64,000 nucleotides of DNA from Candidatus Aenigmatarchaeota archaeon (lineage in GTDB: Archaea > Aenigmatarchaeota > Aenigmatarchaeia > QMZP01 > QMZT01), in NCBI GenBank assembly GCA_041489155.1, contig JBGPQP010000002.1:54449-118448 (forward strand). Reading direction: 5' to 3'. Below are positions 19,507 to 29,349 of the stretch, one piece after another; position 1 is the stretch's first letter; each line of letters begins with the position of its first letter. The position numbers and the translations under genes were made by a program. The notes beneath the pieces were generated by a model. The model made no database searches, was not told where the DNA came from, and saw only the letters and a list, made by a program, of their open reading frames with translations.

Positions 19507-21111
19507 ATGCCGAAGAAAACCCAGTACATCGTTGTAACCGGCGGAGTGATATCCGGTCTTGGCAAGGGGATATTCACTGCTTCTCTAGGAAAACTGCTCC
19601 AGTCAAGGGGTTTCAAGGTCGTTCCCATCAAGATCGATCCTTACATGAACGTCGATGCAGGAACGATGAACCCGATAGAACACGGAGAGGTCTTCGTCCT
19701 CGATGACGGCAGCGAGGTCGACATGGATCTGGGAACATATGAACGCTTCCTCGACATCAACCTGAAAAGCGAAAACAACATAACGACCGGAAAAATCTAC
19801 CAGAAAGTCATCGAAAAGGAAAGGGAAGGCAAATACCTCGGCAAGACTGTCCAGATAATACCGCACATAACAGACGAGATACAGAACTGGTTCAAAAAAG
19901 TCGCTGAGGATTACAAAGCAGAAATAATCATGATAGAAATAGGCGGAACGGTAGGAGACATAGAGAACCTAGTCTTCCTCGAGGCATGCAGGCAGTTATC
20001 TTTGAAAGAGGATGTGATATTCGTACACTGCACCCTTGTTCCGGTGATGAGCGTGGTGGGCGAGCAGAAAACGAAACCCACACAACAAAGCGTGCAGAAG
20101 CTCAGGGAGATAGGCATAATGCCTCACTTCCTTTTCTGCAGAGCCCATGAACAGATAAAACCAAAAATAAAGGAAAAACTTTCTCTCTTCTGCGGCCTGC
20201 CGGAGGAAAACGTCATATCAGGCCCTGACCTGGACAGCATATACAAGCTGCCACTAATCCTCGAGAAGCAGGGTGTGACAAAAAAGGTTCTTGAAAAACT
20301 GGGCCTTGTCCCCAAGAAAAAGGACATGAAAGATTGGGAGCAGGCAGTAAGGAACATGGTGAATGCAAAGAAGATCGTAAACATTGCCATCACTGGCAAA
20401 TACACGGAGTTGCACGATTCTTACGTCTCTATAATGGAGTCGCTTAAAGCTTCATGCGGAAAGCTTGGAGTGAAAATAAAGATAAAATGGATAGAAACGA
20501 CTGACATTGAAAACAAAAAAGTAAAGGTTGCTGATGCCCTGAAGAACATAGACGGTATAATAGTGCCTGGCGGTTTTGGCCCAAGAGGAACTGAAGGCAA
20601 GATAGAATGCATACGCTATGCCAGAGAGAGGAAAATACCCTTCCTCGGCTTGTGTTATGGTTTCCAGCTGGCGACCATCGAGTTCTCAAGGAACGTGTGC
20701 GGCCTCAAAAACGCGAACTCTACGGAAATCGACCCGAATAGCCCCCATCCGGTAATTGATCTGCTGCCAGAGCAGAGAAAAATTTACAAAAAAGGCGGAA
20801 CTATGCGCCTTGGAGGCCACGACGTGATAATCAGGAAGGGCACGCTGGCCAGCAGGGTTTACGGCTCGCTGAGCACGAGAGAAAGATTCCGCCACCGCTG
20901 GGAGTTCGTCCCAAAATACAGGGAAAAGGTTGAATGTAAGGGTTTTGTCTTTTCCGGCCATGACAAATCCGGCAATATAATGCAGATACTGGAACTAAAC
21001 GGGCATCCTTTCTTCATGGCGTCGCAGTTCCATCCGGAATTCACAACGCGAGTTCTCAAACCGAATCCGCTGTTCCTGAACTTCATCAGGGCAGCATCCA
21101 AGAACGCTTAA
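19507..21111 (+). CDS. pyrG: CTP synthase
   Basis: [45 protein letters not shown]. Confidence 0.96.
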   Translation: MPKKTQYIVVTGGVISGLGKGIFTASLGKLLQSRGFKVVPIKIDPYMNVDAGTMNPIEHGEVFVLDDGSEVDMDLGTYERFLDINLKSENNITTGKIYQKVIEKEREGKYLGKTVQIIPHITDEIQNWFKKVAEDYKAEIIMIEIGGTVGDIENLVFLEACRQLSLKEDVIFVHCTLVPVMSVVGEQKTKPTQQSVQKLREIGIMPHFLFCRAHEQIKPKIKEKLSLFCGLPEENVISGPDLDSIYKLPLILEKQGVTKKVLEKLGLVPKKKDMKDWEQAVRNMVNAKKIVNIAITGKYTELHDSYVSIMESLKASCGKLGVKIKIKWIETTDIENKKVKVADALKNIDGIIVPGGFGPRGTEGKIECIRYARERKIPFLGLCYGFQLATIEFSRNVCGLKNANSTEIDPNSPHPVIDLLPEQRKIYKKGGTMRLGGHDVIIRKGTLASRVYGSLSTRERFRHRWEFVPKYREKVECKGFVFSGHDKSGNIMQILELNGHPFFMASQFHPEFTTRVLKPNPLFLNFIRAASKNA

Positions 21112-21156
21112 AATCATCGCATACAATATGAGGATATCTATCAAAAAGGTGGGATT

Positions 21157-22611
21157 TTGAAAAAAGACTGGTCCAAGAAGGAAGCTTGTGGTGTTTTTGG
21201 TATACGTGCCCTTGACGGCCGGGACGTATCGAAAATGATATTCAATGGCCTCATCACCCTCCAGCACAGAGGCCAGGAAGCAAGCGGCATATCGACTTTG
21301 AACGAGAACCATATACACCTCAGGAAATCCCTTGGCCTAGTAAACGCTTCTTATTCAGAAAAAACTTTAGGCAATCTGAAAGGTTCGATGGGCATAGGCC
21401 ACGTGAGGTATTCGACGGTCGGCTCTTCAACCATCACCGACGCCCAGCCCTTCAAAAGGGATTACCCGCGCAAAGGCCTGGTTGTGGCTCACAACGGAAA
21501 CCTAGTCAATTATATCGACATGAGGAACATTCTCATGAAGGAAGGAAGGAACTTCGAATCAACGTGCGACGCTGAAATAATAGCCAATAAGTTAGCCGAC
21601 GAACTCGTGAAGACGAAGGACATCGAGAAATCGATTTACAATTACATGGAAGCAGCAGAGGGTTCGTATTCGGCTGGCATGTTCACCGGGGAAAGGGAGC
21701 TGATCGCCTTCCGCGATCCGAACGGCATAAGACCGTTCAGCTTCGGCGTCAACGACAAACTGGCGATATTCGCTTCTGAAAGCGTAGCGCTGAACATAAA
21801 CGGCATTGACGAGACGCATGACGTAAAGCCGGGGGAGATGGTATTGTTCGGCGAGGATGGGAAAATTGAAAGGAAAGTACTGATGAAAGGCGAGAGGAAA
21901 CACTGTATGTTCGAGTACGTTTACTTTTCGAGGCCTGACAGCGTGATAGAGGGGAAATGGGTCTACGACGTCAGGATAGAGCTCGGCAGAAGCCTCGCAA
22001 AAACCTATTCATCCGAAGCCGACGTTATAGTTCCCATACCGGACACGTCGAGATCCGCCGCCGAAGGAATAGCAAGGGAGACAGGGATACATGTCGCCGA
22101 GGGGTTGATGAAGAACCGTTACATATACAGGACATTCATTATGCCAGAGCAGCGCACCAGAGCGCTTTCGGTGGACATGAAGCTCAACCCGGTGAAATCG
22201 GTTCTGAAGGACAAGCACGTACTTCTTGTTGACGATTCTATCGTGAGAGGCACGACCACGAGAAAAATAGCCGAAATGGTAAGGAAAGCCGGAGCGAAGA
22301 AGATAGACCTGTGGATAACATGCCCGCCCGTGGTTTCTCCATGCTTTTACGGCATTGACATAGCAACCCACAACGAGCTGATAGCCTTCAAACACAAGGT
22401 GGAGGAAATACAGAAGATTACCAATGTTGACAGGCTCTGTTACCAGACCATCGACGGCCTTGTTAAATCAATCGGCCTTGGAGAAAACATATGCAAGGCC
22501 TGCCTCACCGGCGAATATCCGACCTGCATGGCACAGAAGATCGCCGACAGGATGAAGACGCAGAAAAATCTAGAACAGAAAAGATACTACGAGATAGCGC
22601 ACAAATGCTGA
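21157..22611 (+). CDS. purF: Amidophosphoribosyltransferase (propeptide and Fe-S type)
   Basis: Short propeptide then CGVFG, LQHRGQ, GHVRYST, HNGN, VDDSIVRGTT. Cys ligands in HCMFEY, SPCFYGID and CKAC. Confidence 0.95.
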   Translation: MKKDWSKKEACGVFGIRALDGRDVSKMIFNGLITLQHRGQEASGISTLNENHIHLRKSLGLVNASYSEKTLGNLKGSMGIGHVRYSTVGSSTITDAQPFKRDYPRKGLVVAHNGNLVNYIDMRNILMKEGRNFESTCDAEIIANKLADELVKTKDIEKSIYNYMEAAEGSYSAGMFTGERELIAFRDPNGIRPFSFGVNDKLAIFASESVALNINGIDETHDVKPGEMVLFGEDGKIERKVLMKGERKHCMFEYVYFSRPDSVIEGKWVYDVRIELGRSLAKTYSSEADVIVPIPDTSRSAAEGIARETGIHVAEGLMKNRYIYRTFIMPEQRTRALSVDMKLNPVKSVLKDKHVLLVDDSIVRGTTTRKIAEMVRKAGAKKIDLWITCPPVVSPCFYGIDIATHNELIAFKHKVEEIQKITNVDRLCYQTIDGLVKSIGLGENICKACLTGEYPTCMAQKIADRMKTQKNLEQKRYYEIAHKC

Positions 22612-22612
22612 T

Positions 22613-23290
22613 CTACTTGTTTGCTTCTTTTTCATACTCCTGGTTAAGCAAATCCCATATCTTCTTTGCCTTTATCTTGCCTATGCCGTCGACCTTCATT
22701 AATCTCTCAGGCTTCGCTGAGAAAACGCTTTTTGGCGTCCTGAATTTCTTGAGCAGATTTTTGCTGAGTTTCGTGTTTATGTCCGGCAATCCCGCTATCA
22801 GGAATTCCTGCTGGCCGCGGACGCTTTTCTTTTTGGCGGGGCAGCGGATGGCGACGCTTCTCTTGCCTCCGATTTGCTCCCTGTAAGCGATCCAGTAAAG
22901 CTGTTGCGCCGTCTCTTTCGCGCTCCTCGTCCAGATTATGGGGATGCGGTAATCTATCGCGATCGACGCGAGTGCCCCGCGGATCGCGTTGGGATGGACG
23001 TTCCTCTCCATAAACAGCAGGTCAGGGTCCCCCTCTATGATCAGCACAGGCCTCTCGAAGCATTCCTGCATTTTGGAAACCTGCTCGAAAATCCTGCGGT
23101 CCAGCAGCGACTGGACGAAATCGGCGACGGTCTTCCTCTCGACAGCGACCCTGTCCGAACAGATGTAGTCGCCAGTCTTCAGCTGCTCGCGCACGAGTTC
23201 GGAATCCGTGTCCTTGAGGTGCATGAAAACGTGGTTCTTCGCTTCCCTGTGGTCCACAACTATTTTAACTTTTGCCTGCATTTCTGCCAT
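22613..23290 (-). CDS. ERCC4/XPF-family structure-specific nuclease (short form, nuclease plus HhH2)
   Basis: VVDHRE, GDY, VERKTVADF, C-terminal HhH (VDGIGKIKA). Confidence 0.9.
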   Translation of the reverse strand: MAEMQAKVKIVVDHREAKNHVFMHLKDTDSELVREQLKTGDYICSDRVAVERKTVADFVQSLLDRRIFEQVSKMQECFERPVLIIEGDPDLLFMERNVHPNAIRGALASIAIDYRIPIIWTRSAKETAQQLYWIAYREQIGGKRSVAIRCPAKKKSVRGQQEFLIAGLPDINTKLSKNLLKKFRTPKSVFSAKPERLMKVDGIGKIKAKKIWDLLNQEYEKEANK

Positions 23291-23396
23291 AGAGAATTAT
23301 TGTGACGCGAATGTTTTTATTTTAAAAGGTCACCGGAAGCGAACTGACCGCAACATTTGCTCAACTTTTTATACGGGCGGACCGGAATTATATAAT

Positions 23397-24005
23397 ATGA
23401 ACGCGAAGAAAGCGGAAACAGGGAAGAAGGGTGCAATAGAACTGAGCCTTGGGTTCATAGTGATGATCGTTTTCGCGGTCGTGCTTCTCAGCCTTGCAAT
23501 AGTATGGCTCAGGGGCATGATGGAAAACATTACAGGACTGACAGATACCCAGATATCCAGCGCCAATGCAGAACTTGACGAGGTCTTCCAGAGGCAGCTT
23601 ACGTTTTTCGCCCTTTCGAAGAATCTTATAAACAATCCTCCGGCGCAGAGGAGCAAAGCCTACCCGATAAGTGTTGGCTTCAAAAACAATCTCGACACCA
23701 GCAAGCTCGATGCAGATGGCTATGCCTATTTCGCGGTTGACGTCGAAGCCGTCGGAGGCCCTGACGACACCAAGCTTAGCGTCTACCAGGAATGGATAAA
23801 GTGCAGCCCCAAAAGCATATGGGTCCAGAAAGGCGATACGATAGGCAGGATAATGTGCTCCTTTGTTGCAGATGCATCAGCAGATGCCGGAACTTACTCA
23901 TATCTCTTCTCCGGCTGCACGGCAACCACTGAAATAACCGACGGCTGCACTGGCAAGGAGAAATTCGGCGGTACGCAGCTGACCTTGCAGGTTGTCGTAA
24001 AGTAG
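23397..24005 (+). CDS. Pilin-like protein with class III signal peptide
   Basis: MNAKKAETGKKG|AIELSLGFIVMIVFAVVLLSLAIVWL. ATG 23397 preferred over the overlapping 23208 start. Confidence 0.82.
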   Translation: MNAKKAETGKKGAIELSLGFIVMIVFAVVLLSLAIVWLRGMMENITGLTDTQISSANAELDEVFQRQLTFFALSKNLINNPPAQRSKAYPISVGFKNNLDTSKLDADGYAYFAVDVEAVGGPDDTKLSVYQEWIKCSPKSIWVQKGDTIGRIMCSFVADASADAGTYSYLFSGCTATTEITDGCTGKEKFGGTQLTLQVVVK

Positions 24006-24113
24006 GATGCCTGAAGCGTCAAGAAACCCCTTTTATTTTTAGTATTTTCTATACTAATGTTTTTTCAATCTTTATTTGATTGCTTTTTATTTGAGCCATG
24101 ACATGATTTTAAT

Positions 24114-24578
24114 ATGGATGTCGGCTTGATTTTCGGGATAATATTTGCGTCCATTTTAATAGGCTTTCTGATGTTTTTTGGCATTAAATATATCGGAGAG
24201 ATGCAGGATATGAGCTGCCGCTCGCAGCTGGGGCAGCAGATAGATAGCCTGAAAACCAGCACGAAGTACGTACTCAGCCTTTCTATGGGGTCTTCGCAGA
24301 GCTTTACTTTCATGGTCCCTGGCTGCGCAAAAAAAGTGTGCTTCGTCAACGCAGATTCTCCGGAGGAGAACAAGGAACTCGACTGGGACCCGCAAACCGT
24401 CGAGAGGATGCTGGTGGTAAACGAGAAGTACAATGTTCTCATTTATAATCCCGACGGTTCCATCAGTGGTCACAAATTGGATAAGCTGAGGCCACTGGTT
24501 AATTTCTGCATCAGAAAGACCGAGGACATCAGGCTGAAAAATATCGGAACCCTAGTTGAACTGTCGCCGCCGGCTTAG
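24114..24578 (+). CDS. Pilin-like secreted/membrane protein
   Basis: N-terminal hydrophobic helix followed by a Cys-containing globular domain, inside the pilin cluster. Confidence 0.65.
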   Translation: MDVGLIFGIIFASILIGFLMFFGIKYIGEMQDMSCRSQLGQQIDSLKTSTKYVLSLSMGSSQSFTFMVPGCAKKVCFVNADSPEENKELDWDPQTVERMLVVNEKYNVLIYNPDGSISGHKLDKLRPLVNFCIRKTEDIRLKNIGTLVELSPPA

Positions 24579-25668
24579 CTGCAAAGGTACGAGTATGTTA
24601 AACGTATTCGATATTTTCAAGATAATTCTCGGGATAATAATTTCCATCTTCGTCCTCTTCATACTGCTGAGATTTGCGGGTTCTTACATGCAGATAGGCG
24701 AATCCAGCAGGCAGGTCTCGATAATGGTCAATTTCAAAAAAACCCTGGAAAACGTATACACGACAGGAGTATCGGACGATTTCGAGTTCGCGGGCACCGA
24801 AGTGATAACGAATTACGCGCCGCCATTCCTGATGACAACCTTTTCATCGTCAGTCGACATGGAGCCAATACCGCTTTTGCTCGTGCTAGGCAAAAAGCTT
24901 TCCGTATACAGGAACGAGTATGATGTAGGCTGGTGGAAGTTCTATTTCATAGAAGCTCTGCCCGACACGAAAATTCTATTTGTCCCGAAAGGCGATGCGG
25001 ACAAGACCATACCAGTCATCAGAAGCGTAGCGCTTATGCTGCCTTCAACCGAAAATACTGCAACAAAGACGAATTTTTACGTAGGATGCGATGACGATGC
25101 GACAGGCCACTATGACATGAGGGAAAGGTACAAGTTTCTGGAAGAAAAGATTTACCTGTTAATGACCAAAATGGAATCCGGTTACGAGCCAGCCCTGTGC
25201 GATGAGGAATATTTCAAGGAAAAAAACTACAGCGTAATAACGATATCAGAAAAGATGGAGGAAGTCGACTTTCTTGTAAAGCCTGTTGAAAACGGGATGG
25301 GCTACGTTTACATAAAGAGCAAGGATGGATACGAGGAATATGTTTACAAAAACGGGTTTGACGTTGTCGCCCTGCTTCTTGGAGGGAAGGGCATGTATGA
25401 ATACGCGAATGAGAAGTTTTTCAGGGAGATGGACGTCGCTATCAGCCTTTCAATAAACGAAGCAGGGATACTGATGTCGAATCCTAGTACGAACAAAAGA
25501 TGCGGAAACCAGCTTAACGAATTCATATCCGTACTGAGTTCGATAAAGGAAAACACGCCGAAAATAAGAAGCCAGAACCCGAAACAGGAAGACGTGGCTG
25601 AGTTCATTTCGCTGATGGACCAGTCGGCAGAAAAATACAGGGAACTGGACAGTTTGGGGTGCGGATGA
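24556..25668 (+). CDS. Large pilin-like/membrane-anchored protein (start 24556 TTG or 24595 ATG)
   Basis: Possible ...SCKG| cleavage site, then a hydrophobic helix IILGIIISIFVLFILL. Overlaps neighbouring genes. Confidence 0.65.
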   Translation: MNCRRRLSCKGTSMLNVFDIFKIILGIIISIFVLFILLRFAGSYMQIGESSRQVSIMVNFKKTLENVYTTGVSDDFEFAGTEVITNYAPPFLMTTFSSSVDMEPIPLLLVLGKKLSVYRNEYDVGWWKFYFIEALPDTKILFVPKGDADKTIPVIRSVALMLPSTENTATKTNFYVGCDDDATGHYDMRERYKFLEEKIYLLMTKMESGYEPALCDEEYFKEKNYSVITISEKMEEVDFLVKPVENGMGYVYIKSKDGYEEYVYKNGFDVVALLLGGKGMYEYANEKFFREMDVAISLSINEAGILMSNPSTNKRCGNQLNEFISVLSSIKENTPKIRSQNPKQEDVAEFISLMDQSAEKYRELDSLGCG

Positions 25669-26159
25669 TGAAAGGGCAGGCTCACTTGATGGAATACGTG
25701 CTGCTAAGCTTTTTCGTACTCCTTGTAATAGTCATGTTCACATTTTTGCTTACAGGATGGCAGATGAGCACGATAGGCTCCGAAAGGGAAAGGTTGAAAT
25801 ATTCAAAGGCCGAGTTTCTGTTCCGTGCCTTCACCAACTCGCCGTACATAAACAAGAACACATACAAAGAGGGTTCAATGTTTGAGGATTCCAAACTGAC
25901 GGCCATAACTTGCGAGGAACTACAGCAGCTTTACGGAACCGGATGGTATGCTGAAGTCGAGTGGATAGAGCCGGTGGACACGTATCTGGAATTCAAGGAC
26001 ATCACCTGTACACTGGACACGTATCCAGAATGCGGCAAATGGAGCTATTGCAAAACAGAAGGCGATGCGAGGATTTACGAACTCCCGATAAACATACACA
26101 GGAAGACAACAGGGAAGATAGGCATGGGCATGCTAAGGGTGGGCCTTTACGAAAGCTGA
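25665..26159 (+). CDS. Pilin-like protein with class III signal peptide
   Basis: MMKG|QAHLMEYVLLSFFVLLVIVMF. ATGA overlap with the upstream stop. Confidence 0.8.
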   Translation: MMKGQAHLMEYVLLSFFVLLVIVMFTFLLTGWQMSTIGSERERLKYSKAEFLFRAFTNSPYINKNTYKEGSMFEDSKLTAITCEELQQLYGTGWYAEVEWIEPVDTYLEFKDITCTLDTYPECGKWSYCKTEGDARIYELPINIHRKTTGKIGMGMLRVGLYES

Positions 26160-26166
26160 GAGGCGT

Positions 26167-26658
26167 ATGATGGGAAAGAAAATCTCCGGTCAGACGAGCA
26201 TGATACTCATAGTACTGGTAATAGTGATATTCATAGCGCTGAGCATATTTTTGCTGATATCCTCCCTCAAACCAGTCCACGACGATTATTACAACCTTTA
26301 TGCCCATAACCTTCTGCTGTCGGTCCTCAGGTGGGACACTGGTTTGGGCGGAGACTGCGATACCATATCCTCGACGATATCCTGCGCCTACATGACGCCT
26401 TACACAAGATGCGGCATAACTGACTGCAGGACCCTTGCTCAGGAAGTTGTGCCTCAGGTTGTAGCCAGCATTGTAAAAACGACTTTCGATTACTGCATTA
26501 TAGTCGAACCGGAAAACAAGACCTCGTATGAAGAGACGATGATCTACGGTCCGAGGTGTGATGTGGCGCAGTCGAAATCAACGAGATGGACGGCGAACGA
26601 GAAAATCCTGCAGTACGAGGCGAACATCGACATAAAGATGATAATAGCAGAGAGCTAA
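26167..26658 (+). CDS. Pilin-like protein with class III signal peptide
   Basis: MMGKKISG|QTSMILIVLVIVIFIALSIFLL, then a Cys-rich domain. Confidence 0.78.
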   Translation: MMGKKISGQTSMILIVLVIVIFIALSIFLLISSLKPVHDDYYNLYAHNLLLSVLRWDTGLGGDCDTISSTISCAYMTPYTRCGITDCRTLAQEVVPQVVASIVKTTFDYCIIVEPENKTSYEETMIYGPRCDVAQSKSTRWTANEKILQYEANIDIKMIIAES

Positions 26659-26720
26659 AATAATGCTTATTGGGCTCAATGCACGGATAAAAAACTTCTG
26701 AATAATCTTTATTTGTTAAC

Positions 26721-27629
26721 ATGAAAAAATATGTACCGGACCTGGTTACACGCTCTGATGCAGCTAAATATTTAGATATCTCAGGGGAGCAGGTAGACAA
26801 ATATCTAAGGCCGGTAATGCGGGATGGAAAGCCCCATAAGAAGGGAAGAGAGTTCGCATATTTTAGAGTCGATTTGATACAAGCAAAAATTGAAAAGGAC
26901 AAAGCCGAAAAAAGAGCTAGAATGACGACACTTGGGCCGGAAAATCTTGATCCATCTGAGAAAGAGAAACTGGATGGAAGCTCATTAATTTATGAGGCAT
27001 GGTGTGCCTTGGGCGACAGAATAGGTGAACTTTCCGAACCTCAGAGAAAGATAATAGAAGGGATATTGGGTAAAAATGAGACATACACTGGGGATAAAAT
27101 TATAAAAAGCATTTCTTATGGCTGGTCAACGAAGATCAAGCTCAAACCTAGCATCATATCAAAATACGTCGACCCTTCGGTGCTTGAAAGAGAAGGTGTG
27201 ATAGAAACCGGTTATAATGAGAAAGTATGGATGGAGGGTGGGCGGGAAATCATCAGAGATCAGCTGTATGCCGTGCTCCAGAAATTTGAAAAAATATGCA
27301 AAAGAGGGAAAGTGGATGTTACTACAATGAACCAAAAGGCTTTCAATGGATTTGTAACTGATTTTTCAAAAAAATATGGCGTTGAAATACCTCCAAGCAT
27401 TTTGAAGAGAATGCTGACTGATTATAAAAACCAGAATCTAACAGACGACAAACTAGGAAATTACGCAAGAAATCTTTTCACAAGAACCGTATCTAAAAAA
27501 CTTAAAACCAGAAATCTTAGGATAACCATGGCTGACAAGCAGCTCATAGAGCAGATAGCTCGAGGTAGGGCAGAAAAATTGGATTTCCCAGAGTTACAGC
27601 ACGTTTTAAACTTGCTGCTTGGCGAGTGA
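26721..27629 (+). CDS. Hypothetical protein, AT-rich, possible N-terminal HTH
   Basis: 302-aa ORF. LVTRSDAAKYLDISGEQVDKYL resembles a MerR/excisionase-type HTH. Confidence 0.65.
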   Translation: MKKYVPDLVTRSDAAKYLDISGEQVDKYLRPVMRDGKPHKKGREFAYFRVDLIQAKIEKDKAEKRARMTTLGPENLDPSEKEKLDGSSLIYEAWCALGDRIGELSEPQRKIIEGILGKNETYTGDKIIKSISYGWSTKIKLKPSIISKYVDPSVLEREGVIETGYNEKVWMEGGREIIRDQLYAVLQKFEKICKRGKVDVTTMNQKAFNGFVTDFSKKYGVEIPPSILKRMLTDYKNQNLTDDKLGNYARNLFTRTVSKKLKTRNLRITMADKQLIEQIARGRAEKLDFPELQHVLNLLLGE

Positions 27630-27658
27630 TTTTTAAACCAAAGCCGTTATTTCTCATT

Positions 27659-28909
27659 ATGAAACGCGTTTACATGGAGACATACGGCTGTTCTGCAAAT
27701 CAGGCGCATGCCGAGACAATGCAAGGCGTCCTGGCAGACAACGGCTTCAGCATCGTGAAAAATTCAGAAAAGGCGGACGTGCTTCTCATAAACACATGCA
27801 TCGTCAAAAGCCAGACGGAAAACAAGATAAGACACAGGCTCATGTATCTGGCGGAAAAATATCCCCGAAAGAAAATGCTCATAGCCGGCTGCGCTGCTGA
27901 CGTTGGTTTGTTCAGGAACATCGCCAAGAATGCAGCCTTCCTGTCCTCGCTTAAGCCTGAAGATGCGGCTAGGTTGCTGAAAAACCAGACAAAAGAAAGC
28001 AAGAGGAAGGCCAGAAGAAACCCGCTCGTGGGCATAACCGAGATTGCAAGCGGCTGCCTAGGCAACTGCGCTTACTGCATAGTCAGGCTGGCGAAAGGCG
28101 ACCTGAAATCAAGAAGCCCGGAGGCAATTGTGCAAGAAGTTGAAAACGCGATAAAAGAAGGCTGTGAAGAGATATGGGTAACATCGCAGGACTGCGGCTG
28201 TTACGGCCTTGACAAAAAAACCGATCTTGCAGAACTTCTGGAAAAAATCGTTGGAATAAAGGGAAATTTCAGAATACGCATTGGCATGATGAACCCGGTA
28301 CACATAGAACCAATTACTGATGCTCTGATTGACATTTACAAGAACCCGAAGATATACAAATTTGTCCACATTCCGGTGCAGTCCGGCTCTGACAGAATTC
28401 TGAGACTTATGAAAAGAGGATACGGGGCCGGTGATTTTGAGAAAATTGTTGAACGTTTCAGGGGAGCAGTAGGGAACATGACCCTGTCAACGGACATAAT
28501 AGTCGGCTTCCCTGGAGAAACAGAACAAGATTTCTGCAAAACGCTTGAGATGATAAAAAGAGTTAAACCTGACATAGTCAATTTATCTAAATTCGGCCCG
28601 AGGCCAGGAACTGAAGCAGCCAAAATGAAGCAGGTTGAAAACAGAATAATAAAGGAGAGATCATCAAAAATTGCGAGGCTTCTGAAGGAAATCGAAACGG
28701 GGAAAAATATGGAATGGATCGGGAAGGAATGCGAGATAGTTATAACCGAAAGAGGAAAGAAGGCTAATCAGTTCATGGGAAGGAACGAAAGCTACAAGCC
28801 TGTTGTTGTTGAAAGTAAAAAGAACTTGATGGGCAAAGTCTTGAGGGTAAGGATTTCGGATGCCGACCAGACATATCTTAGCGCCGAAATCATTCAAAAG
28901 TCGGCATGA
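27659..28909 (+). CDS. MiaB-like tRNA methylthiotransferase (archaeal MtaB/CDKAL1 type)
   Basis: ETYGCSAN and NTC (UPF0004 domain), radical SAM GCLGNCAYC, DIIVGFPGETE, C-terminal TRAM. Confidence 0.92.
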   Translation: MKRVYMETYGCSANQAHAETMQGVLADNGFSIVKNSEKADVLLINTCIVKSQTENKIRHRLMYLAEKYPRKKMLIAGCAADVGLFRNIAKNAAFLSSLKPEDAARLLKNQTKESKRKARRNPLVGITEIASGCLGNCAYCIVRLAKGDLKSRSPEAIVQEVENAIKEGCEEIWVTSQDCGCYGLDKKTDLAELLEKIVGIKGNFRIRIGMMNPVHIEPITDALIDIYKNPKIYKFVHIPVQSGSDRILRLMKRGYGAGDFEKIVERFRGAVGNMTLSTDIIVGFPGETEQDFCKTLEMIKRVKPDIVNLSKFGPRPGTEAAKMKQVENRIIKERSSKIARLLKEIETGKNMEWIGKECEIVITERGKKANQFMGRNESYKPVVVESKKNLMGKVLRVRISDADQTYLSAEIIQKSA

Positions 28910-29318
28910 AACCGCTTGCCATCCCGATAAGCATGGGCACAAGGAAGATACTCAATGCGAAACCTATTATGCCTGTAATTATCGCGTGCGAGAACTTCAT
29001 TTCCTTGAAGAACATTTTTATCAGTATTACCCATATCAGAATCGGCAAGACCCATGTTATCATCGGTATGAACGAGACATAAGGCGATATGAGTGCCACT
29101 ACGCCAAGAAGGTTGATGATGTTTATTATGAGAACCACTAGAAACGCGTTCACCGGGTGAATCTTTTCCTTGAATTTCTTGCCGAATATTTCCACGATTA
29201 CGAGAAGCACGATGCCTCCTATAAGCGTGGACAATATCAGGTTCATTGCCAGCGTTATCGGGTGCGCGAAATCGACGCCGAGATTTGTGACCAGATTGGT
29301 CAATGCGTCTCCTGCCAT
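28890..29318 (-). CDS. Hypothetical membrane protein (4 TM)
   Basis: Four hydrophobic segments, directly downstream of glmS. Confidence 0.7.
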   Translation of the reverse strand: MAGDALTNLVTNLGVDFAHPITLAMNLILSTLIGGIVLLVIVEIFGKKFKEKIHPVNAFLVVLIINIINLLGVVALISPYVSFIPMITWVLPILIWVILIKMFFKEMKFSHAIITGIIGFALSIFLVPMLIGMASGFMPTFE

Positions 29319-29349
29319 ATTAATAATTTGTCTGCTGCCGCTTTTAAAT

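Noticed and set aside
23208..23396. N-terminal extension of the 265-aa ORF
   Set aside because: It overlaps the XPF gene, and the class III leader fits a start at ATG 23397.
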